Of a stretch of DNA of 20,000 nt, positions 11,231-20,000 are shown piece after piece (position 1 is the first letter of the stretch; each line of letters starts with the position of its first letter). Origin of the DNA: Vicugna vicugna (taxonomy: Eukaryota); assembly GCA_013265495.1 (NCBI GenBank), contig MU058658.1:675169-695168 (forward strand). Direction: 5' to 3'. The translations under genes were made by a program, and so were the position numbers. Under the pieces are notes generated by a model that was not told the DNA's origin, did not search any database, and worked only from the letters and a program-made list of their open reading frames with translations.

Positions 11231-12069
11231 GAGGGCATTGATGAAAATGGTTCTTCAACACTCCACACGTCCACTGCCTTTACTTCTGTCCTTCCCAACA
11301 GGGACTCTCCTGCAGAGACGTATCTGCCCCCCTACCCCCCCGAAGTAACCACAACCTTCCTGAAGGGTAAAGTATCTCCACCCAACCTCTCCTCCACCTC
11401 CCCTAGTACACATCTTCCTGAAAACATCTCTCCTGTGTAGTTCCTCAGAGGGACAGCAGCACCAAGCTAGGCATCCCCAGAGGGTATTCAGCATCACCCC
11501 AGATATGACAGTGGCCTCAACTGCCATATGTAGTAGTTGGTTTCCAAGGACTTGTCCATCATATTCACAAGTCTTGCATCATGATATCCCTGTCACCCAG
11601 TTTCTCAGTTGATGAGGTCACTGGTCTGGGTACTGTGAAGCAGTGGAGGACTGAGTGTCCACTGTGGCTCTCACATATCCCCATCCCCAAGGCTCTTCCC
11701 TGTCACCCTCTTACCTTGGCCCACTGCTCTCTTCACCTTACTAGGATGATGTAAATTATCAAATTACAATTGTTAATCTGCAAGAGCTTGCTTGGGCTAT
11801 TGGGAACCACATTTCATCAAACTTAGATTAAAAGCTGAGGGTAGGCTGACCACTTCAGTGGAAACTAAAACCCCACGATAAACTTATTATGATTTTAATT
11901 GCATTTCTCCCAGGACTTTTGAAGTTGTGTTTCTTTTGTGTGTCTATTGTTCACTTGTTAGTGTTCTTTAGTTAAATTTCTATTCCCGTTTTTGCCTGCC
12001 TTTATTTTGTGAATTTTGGCTGCTTTGCCTTTCATTGAGAAGTAGGAGAATAGGAAATCCCAAAGACAA

Positions 12070-12760
12070 CTGTTTTGGATTTCACTCATTGAGCAATAAT
12101 GTGAATGACTTCTTTTCTGCATGGAATAGTGATTTGGAATACTAAAAGAATATTTTCACATTTTTCCTCAATATTTTCACTATGCATAATGTAATGGCCA
12201 CATACTCACATTTAAGATGCATCTCCATTATTAACATATGTATACTCCCTCACTCTTAAGTCCAGACATTCAATGACACAGAAAATCAAACCCTTGTTTG
12301 TAGTGTTTGCCTATTTCCCTGGTGTAAATACTCCCAACATAGGCAATGTCAAACTGCCAACTTGATATCACTGAACATGGGACTGGGAATTACTGCTAGT
12401 AGCCCACCATTATATTTTTTCCACCATACGGGTACAGTAGCTGCCATTAATTTTAAGAATGTAGCTAATAAACCATTGAAAAGTGATTATAAAGTGACAG
12501 GTTTTTCATATTTGATTTAATAATAGTTTAATGGATGTATTGTTGACTTAAAATTTCACATATTTAAAACGTACACTTTGATGTGGTATTCCTGTACAAC
12601 TCTGAGACCAAGTTTCCTCTTAACATTTTTAAGTTATGTTCAATATTAGGATTACTGATGCAAGAACATATTCAACTTTTGTAATGACTATTTTTAAATG
12701 TATGTATAAATGTTAATGGCTGTGTGTAAAGCCTGGTGGACCCTTCCCCAATCTTACATC
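12070..12760. mobile_element. MER63-like hAT (Blackjack) non-autonomous DNA transposon relic, interrupted near 12535-12690
   Basis: cttaagtccagacattcaa...aaatcaaacccttgtttgtagtgtttgcctatttccctggtgtaaatactcccaacat...tcactgaacatggga...caccattata...ttccaccatac and aatggctgtgtgtaaa match the recalled MER63 consensus. Confidence 0.7.
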
Positions 12761-13004
12761 ATTTATTATTTTCATACTTTTGTGTGTCTGTGTGTGCATG
12801 TGTGTTTGTACCATGCTGTTAGTGGTTTTTTAATTTATAACTTTGGGTATCATGTCGAATGCATATATTATTAGAATGCATTTCTGAAATAAAAGCCCTT
12901 TCATACTCTAGTAACTAAATTGCATATAAAAGTATTCAAGGTATTAGTGTACACCAGCACAACTGGGGACTCAGTGTGGCAGGTTTTGAATTCTAGCACC
13001 CTTC

Positions 13005-13388
13005 ATTGCAAGTGAAGTAAGCCAGAAAGAGAAAAATACCATGATGTCACTTATACGTGGAATCTAAAAAAAAAAAAAAAAGACACAAATGAACTTACTT
13101 ACAAAACAGAATCACAGACATAGAAACAAACTTATGGTTACCAGCAAGGGAAGGCAGGGGGAAGGGATAAATTGGGAATTCAAGATTTGCAGATACTAAT
13201 ATGTATAAAACAGATAAGCAAGTTTCTATCATATAGCAGAGGGAATTAAACTGAATATCTTGTAGTAGCCTACAGTGAAAAACAACACGGAAACAAATAT
13301 ATGTATGTATATGTATGACTGAAACATGCTGTATACCAGACATTGACACAACAGTGTGAACTGACTATACTTCAATTTAAAAAAAAAG
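13005..13388 (+). mobile_element. 5'-truncated lineage-specific L1 3' end (camelid/artiodactyl type) with poly(A)
   Basis: aagtgaagtaagccagaaagagaaa...gtggaatctaaaaa...gacacaaatgaactta...cttatggttacca...gggataaattggga...tgaactgactatacttcaattt followed by an A run. Confidence 0.88.
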
Positions 13389-14660
13389 GCCTAAATGTAA
13401 GACCTGATACCAGAAAACAATTAAAAGAGAATATAGCTGGAACATTCATTGATATACATTATAGCAACATTTTTATGGTTCTGTCTCCTAAGATAAAACA
13501 AATCCAAGCAAAAATCATCAAATGGGACCTAATTAAATTAAAAACCTTTCCCTTTGCATAGCAAAGGAAACCACTGATGAAAGGAAAAGACACCCTCCTG
13601 AATGGGAGGAAATATCTGTAAGTGATAAGACCAACAAGGAGCTAATACCAAAAAATATATAAAAAGGTCATGCTACTCGGTATCAAGAAAATACACACCA
13701 TCCAATTTAAAAGTGTGCAGAAGTCCTCAATAAACATCACAAAGACATAGAAATGGCTAACAGGGACATCAGGGACTGCTAATTATTAGAGAAATGGAAC
13801 CAAAAATAATGATGAAATATATTGAACATGTTTTCAACATGTTCAACACTGCTAATTATTAGAGAAATGGAACCAAAAATAATGATGAAATATTACCTCC
13901 CACCTGTCAGCATGACTGTCAGCAAACATTCTACAACTACCGTATGTTGGCAAGGATGTGGAGAAAAGGGAACACTTTGTACACTGTTGGTGGAAATGTA
14001 AACTGGTGCGGCCACTAGGGAAAACACTATTGAGGTTCCTGAGAAACTAATTAGAACCAGCATATGATCCAGCAATTCCACTCCTGAATATATATCAAGA
14101 AAATACAAAACCACTAATCCAAAGTTCACAACAGCATTATTTACAGAAACCCTGACATGGAAGCAACCCAAATGACCATCAACGAATGGATAAAGCTTTG
14201 CTGTATACATAAACACTGTAGTATTAGCTGTGGCATAAAACGAATAAAATTCTGCTATTTGTAGCCAGTTGGACGGAGCTAGAGAATATTATGCCTAATG
14301 AAATAAGCTAGACAGAAAAAGAGAAGTACTGTATGGTATCACTTAAATGTGGAATCAAAAAATAATACAACTGAACATATGTGAAAAATAGGGGGGAACA
14401 TCTCACAAATAAACTAGTTGTTACCAAAGGAGAGGAGGGGATGTGGGGCAAATTAGGGGTATGGGATTAAGAGAGAGAAGCTACAATGCATAAAATAGAT
14501 AAGCAAGAATGATATATTGAATAGGACAAAGAATTATAGCCACTATCATGTAATACCTTAATGGTGTGTAATCTAATAATATTGAATCATTCTGTACAAC
14601 TGAAACTAATAAAATATTGTACATCAATTATATTTCAAATAAAAAATTAAAAATAATAAA
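13389..14660 (+). mobile_element. older L1 fragment: ORF2 C-terminus plus 3' UTR and A-rich tail
   Basis: cctaaatgtaagacctga, aaatgggacctaattaaa, caaggatgtggagaaaagggaac, atatgatccagcaattccactcctg, atggaagcaacccaaatg; ends ctgaaactaataaaatattgtacatcaattatatttcaaataaaaaa. Confidence 0.9.
13775..13893. repeat. perfect 46-bp direct duplication flanking an 11-bp-stem inverted repeat
   Basis: actgctaattattagagaaatggaaccaaaaataatgatgaaatat occurs at 13775-13820 and 13848-13893. TTGAACATGTT-ttc-AACATGTTCAA lies at 13822-13846. Confidence 0.95.
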
Positions 14661-14702
14661 TTTTAAATGACCAGTTGAATTTTCCACATGTAACTGATAG
14701 AA

Positions 14703-14726
14703 GTGTGTGTGTGTGTGTGTGTGTGT
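14703..14726. repeat. (GT)12 microsatellite
   Basis: Read directly; followed by AT/TA-rich low-complexity sequence. Confidence 0.95.
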
Positions 14727-14766
14727 ATAAATACTTGTATATATATGTACATCTATGTATATATAT

Positions 14767-15305
14767 AACTTGCTTGAGATTGATGGAAGCTGACAAAATC
14801 AGTTGCCTTTTAAATATGTCAGCAATACAGCAGCCCTTAAGCACATTGGATGAAGCTAAGAATTCCACTGGTGTGGCACGACACTGAAACCTGTGCTGGG
14901 CAACAGCCCACCTGCCCTCTGTCTAAGCACGACCATGACTGTATGTCCTGCATGAGTGTCTAGCAGATCCCCTCACAAGGGGTGTCATCAGTGTTGCACC
15001 CTACTTGGGTGCCTGGGGACAGCTGGATCCAATTAAATTCTTGCCAGTTGAGGTTGTATGTGATGGCTGAACTTCCGAGGTACCCCGTGGACAACTGAGT
15101 AAAGCTGTGTAGTATTAAGTTCCTGTGTAGGTGGAGGGGCTGTTGAAACAGGCACTGAATAGAACACACATAACAGCAAAGTACCGGCCTGTGAAGACTG
15201 AACAGCCTCATTCATTTCAATCATGTGAGGTATTGGGGTCTGAGAGATGGGACCAACGAAGCAGTAATCCACCATGAGATGCCATTCCTCCTAGGAACCT
15301 AACAC
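14767..15305 (-). mobile_element. fossil class III (ERVL/HERV16-like) endogenous retrovirus pol, reverse-transcriptase domain, multiply frameshifted
   Basis: Ordered RT motifs across - strand frames: EEWHLMVDYC, TGRYFAVM, FYSVPVS, SFTQLSTGYLGSSAITYNL, QLSPGTQVGCNTDD (YIDD equivalent), RWAVAQHRFQCRATPVEFL, KRQLILSASINLKQ. Confidence 0.8.
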
Positions 15306-16844
15306 CTACGGTGGTGTCTCACACCTAAACAAAATTGGTTATTTCTCACTTCAAGGTAATAAACCTTACTTGTAGATTAAATATATTTTTTGATACATCT
15401 TTCAACATGATTTCTGGCCTTCTTAAAACTTTGCTCATTTCATTGACTACGTTCTCTTATTTTGCCAACTACTTCCTTTTGTTATTTTCTCTTTAAATTT
15501 ACTTAAAAATGTTCCTGTAAATATGTATGAGGATAAATTTAACACAAATGTTTTCCTCCCCACCTGGGTAAGTCTGAAGGGAAACAGACTGTACGGTTGT
15601 GGATCCTTCCAGTGATGTTCACATTCACTGACATCCAGTAGCGTCTCTTCTCACTTGATCTGATCTCCCGGTTGTTTGAGTCACTCCATAGCACTGTCTT
15701 GGCTCCTGTTAGAGGCCTGAGTACAGCGGTGTGGTTGTAGCTCTGAAGGTGCACACTTCAAGGCCCAACCCTGGATCTGCGGAAAAGCAGATTTCTACCC
15801 CAAAATATTAGTGCTAATTGGACTTGTCATTACAGCATGTACCCAATATGGACAACTAAAATATGATAGGCAGAGCAAAAGAGAGATTTCAATTAATCCT
15901 AGTTTATATACACTGAATAACTTTAGAAATTAGGGGCTAAAATTTGCCCCTCTGTTAAATATGGGTGATAATATTGAGAATTTCTAAAGTTAAAACGCTT
16001 TAAATTATAACTGCTCCCTCGGAATGTTTTAAAATTTATTGAAATTCCCCAATCATTTTACAGTACCCCAGTTATGAATTATGTTGAATTACTTACGGCT
16101 TTTCTGTCAACAAGAACAAAGACGCAAACTTCCAGAGGATTCATACTTAAAACAGTGTAGTTTTGACTCCAAAATAAAATGGAAAATTCCATCTCAATTT
16201 TTAATGTGCATTCTTACTGATCCTTTGAGGAAAATGTCTTCAAAGTTTTTTTTCCCTCAAGAATTGCCTGTACTTTAAGTAGCTTGTCTGCTCTGTTTCT
16301 GTTTTTTTAAATAATTGACATATTTAACTGAATAATTTACTGAGTAAGTGCAAATATTATAGACTGTCTTTTGTTTCCAATGAAAATTTTGTTTCAGGCA
16401 TGTAAGGATGTATCAAAACATCAAAATGTACATTTAAATATGTGCAGTTTATAAGTTAATTATACTTTCAGTAAACAAATATTCAAGACATCACTTTCTA
16501 ATAATTGTACTATGTTTTATATCATCTGTGTCCTATAGGTTATTGTGGCTACTGGACAATTATGGTGGAATTAGAATGACATACCTCTGGCAACTCTTCC
16601 TAATTCCATGTTTAGTGATACGATGTTGGCAGTTTGAAACTGGCCACAGTGGGCATATTTCCATCAGGGAAATTAGAAAACAGTGCAAAACAGGACTTAA
16701 ACTTGTGTTACTGGAAGTCCACACTTAAGAATATGGGACTAATACAGATTAAACTTAGTATATCGTGTATGTGATAATTACGTTGTATACAGCATGCAAA
16801 GTAACTGTGGGGAAAAAATGAGCTATTTATTTGCTAATGAAAAC

Positions 16845-17600
16845 GGAAATGAGCAAGAGATATGAACAGACATTTTACCAAGAAGATACACAGATGGCAA
16901 AAAAACAGGAAAAAAAATGTTCAACCTCATGAGTCCTTAGGCAGATGTAATTAAAACTACTGCTTATTAAATTCAACAATTAAGAAATTCAAAAGATTGA
17001 TCATATTAACTACTGGCAAGAATGTGGAAGCATTTTACATACTCCTGGTGTGTATGTAAATGCAAACATTTTATGTCACAGTCTGGCAGTTTTATAAGTT
17101 AAACTTTCACCTATTCTATGACTTAGGCATTGTACATTAAGTTACTAACACAAGTGAAAAAACATATATACATACATATAGAATTTACACGCAAATATTC
17201 CAGCACCTTTATTTACAATAGCCAAAACGAAAAAACTTAAATTGCCCATAACCAGGTGAATGGATAAACAAAAAATATAGAAAAGACTCTACTCATCAAT
17301 AAAAAGAATGAACTATTTAGATAAGGATCACAGAAGAATCTCAGAATATTTATAAACCGTGGATGAAACCAAAAAACAAAAAGCACAGTAAACATTTTAT
17401 GAATAAAATCTTATCAAATTCTAGAAAATACAAAATAATCTATTATAAACGAAAGTAAATCAGGGGTGGTCTGGAGGTCCAGGGAGAGGAAGGACAGATA
17501 AAATGACATGAGGTAAATGGGGATGATAGACATGTTCACTGTTGATTATTTTGAGGTTTCATAGGTATATATGTAGGTAAAAGTTTATACACTTTAAATA
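16845..17600 (+). mobile_element. old L1 (L1M-type) 3' end
   Basis: gagcaagagatatgaacagacattttaccaagaagatacacagatggcaaa, ggcaagaatgtggaagca, tttatttacaatagccaaaac, caggtgaatggataaacaaa, and a 3' UTR ending ttacactttaaata. Confidence 0.8.
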
Positions 17601-17709
17601 GATACAAGATACTGCATCTTGACTGTATCTGAAAAATTTACAAAACGGTTCAAATGAAAAGTCTAGATCTATCAATGTTTTCAGAAAATCAGGTCTGGCA
17701 ATCATATTA

Positions 17710-17820
17710 ATTTTTTTTTTTGAATTGAAGTATAGCTGATTTACAATGTTAGTTTCCGATGTACAGAGTAATTCAAGTATATGTATATGTATGTGTGTAT
17801 ATACATATACACACATAACT
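17710..17820 (-). mobile_element. short L1 3'-terminal fragment with poly(A)
   Basis: A T run followed by gaattgaagtatagctgatttacaatgttagtttc...gtaca, the reverse complement of the L1 terminus type seen at ~13350-13388. Confidence 0.75.
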
Positions 17821-18662
17821 TGCTTCTCTTTTCTAATGACCTGGGAGAAGCACCCTTGCCTTACTGGTAGCAAACACTGATGAGCAATGCATCCCTTCCC
17901 CCTGAGTTAGCAGGAATGCTGGCTAGTCACAGACACACTTCTCTGCCTGCTTAGCAATGGCCTTTCCTGAACACTCCAGAGAGACTACAGGAATCCACAA
18001 AAGCAATAGTGTATTTTCTCTGACAATGACCTCAGCCACAAAAGACACACAAGCCTGGAGGTCCTGAGGACTTCTGTGCATCTGTGCACACTGATAATGC
18101 ACAGTCACACTCACTGGAGAATCTGTGGATGCAGTGTGAGCAGGGGCTCCCCACCTACTTCCCCGCCATCTCCTCTGCTCCAGTGGTACTTTACCAGCAT
18201 GCTTCCCCTTGGCCCTTCAGTCTTTCAGTGGCACTATCTAGTGAATTCTGGGGACTGGGGATCAGGGCATGTGGTTCTTTTGCAGGGCAACTGCTGAGCA
18301 TTATGTGATACTCACCGTGACCAAGAAAAACAATCCATTTTGTTCCCAGAAGCACGGGAAGGTGTCACAACTTCCTGGCTCCTCAGGGTGTTCACTGAGC
18401 TCACAAAGAATCCTGACACCAAGTCCACACATGAGGAACACAAAACTCGGCAGTCCTTCCTAGGAGACCCTGGGCAACAATGTACTTGGGGCTAAAGCCA
18501 GAAAGAGACCTACATTCTTCAATCACCCTGACGTGTCTGAGGCACACCACACAGGACCCCGTGAAAGCTGTGCAGTCCCTAATGCTGGTAGAGCCCAGCT
18601 GTTTTCAGATCACCACCCAGGAACAGAACCCGAAGGTCAGAGGTGGCTTAAACATTAGTGCC

Positions 18663-18668
18663 TTTATT
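18663..18668 (-). promoter_or_regulatory. candidate polyadenylation signal for the - strand ZNF gene
   Basis: AATAAA on the - strand ~620 nt after the stop codon, followed by G/T-rich downstream sequence (ttcgggttctgttcctgggtggtg). Confidence 0.5.
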
Positions 18669-19203
18669 ATTGCAAAATGCAAACAAACATGAGGCATGCA
18701 GTTGGTGACCTGGAGGCTGGGAAAATTCAAGATAAGTGTCCCCAGAAACTGACATATCCTTGAAAATGCAGTCCTTCCTGGCAAATCACCAACAGAATTC
18801 AGATCAGGTCCACTGGACCTAAAATGAGCCAGTCCATGCCCTAACCTGGAAATGAGACAGGAATGAGGACCCCATACGGCCTAAGACCACTCTTATTTCC
18901 CCCTGCAAACGGGGATGGGACAGAAGTCAGCACCCTGAGAATGTTGGGACGTAACTTTTGCACCCTGTGTGGACCTGCCAGGTGATAGAGGTGAAATGAA
19001 TTCTGCCAAAGAACTGGCAGTGACATAAATCTGGCAAGGGTCCTGGGCAGGTAAGAAGGTGTAACACAACTCCTGAAAGATTCTCACATACTTGGACTGT
19101 AAGGAGAATGTCCCCAACGTGGATTTACAGATATTTTAGATGACTCCATCAGTTTCTCTCTTCCTGTGTGATTACACTAGAAGGAAACTACATCCCAGCA
19201 CAT

Positions 19204-19291
19204 CTAAAGCCTTTCATTAGTGTGAAGTCTCTGCTGTTGAATGAGGTCAAAAATAATTGCAGCTGGAGGATTTTTCCCACATCGACTGTAT
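19204..19291 (-). pseudogene. decayed terminal zinc finger of the ZNF211-like gene
   Basis: After the TGA the - strand reads atacagtcgatgtgggaaaaatcctccagctgcaattatttttgacctcattcaacagcagagacttcacactaatgaaaggctttag, a frameshifted CGK-S.SC..LIQQQRLHTNERL* unit. Confidence 0.8.

Positions 19292-20000
<709 letters not shown>

Noticed and set aside
10800..19200. ZSCAN4/SCAN-domain gene, which I recall lying downstream of ZNF211 in human
   Set aside because: No SCAN-domain or ZSCAN4-like peptide is visible in the ORF track or in the segments I translated by eye.

Overview
Mammalian genomic DNA, probably camelid judging by a Vic-1-type tRNA-Ala SINE and the L1 3' ends. It comes from a KRAB zinc-finger gene cluster resembling the human 19q13.43 ZNF134/ZNF211 region. 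On the + strand is a complete 3-coding-exon KRAB-A/C2H2 gene: CpG-island promoter ~3400-4060, exons 3821-3853, 5082-5208 and 9094-10577, 547 aa, 9 canonical fingers. On the - strand, convergent with it, is the 3' end of a probable ZNF211 orthologue (19292 to the window edge). The + strand gene has a ZNF211-like KRAB/linker but a different, internally duplicated 'GLRYH' finger array, so it looks like a diverged ZNF211 paralogue. Both genes carry decayed terminal fingers just past their stop codons. The rest is mostly transposon debris: ERV1-type LTRs, L1, L2, MIR, MER63, and a frameshifted class III ERV reverse-transcriptase fossil at ~14767-15305. I see no clearly new biological system. Family and orthologue calls are from memory of consensus sequences, not database searches, and repeat boundaries are approximate.
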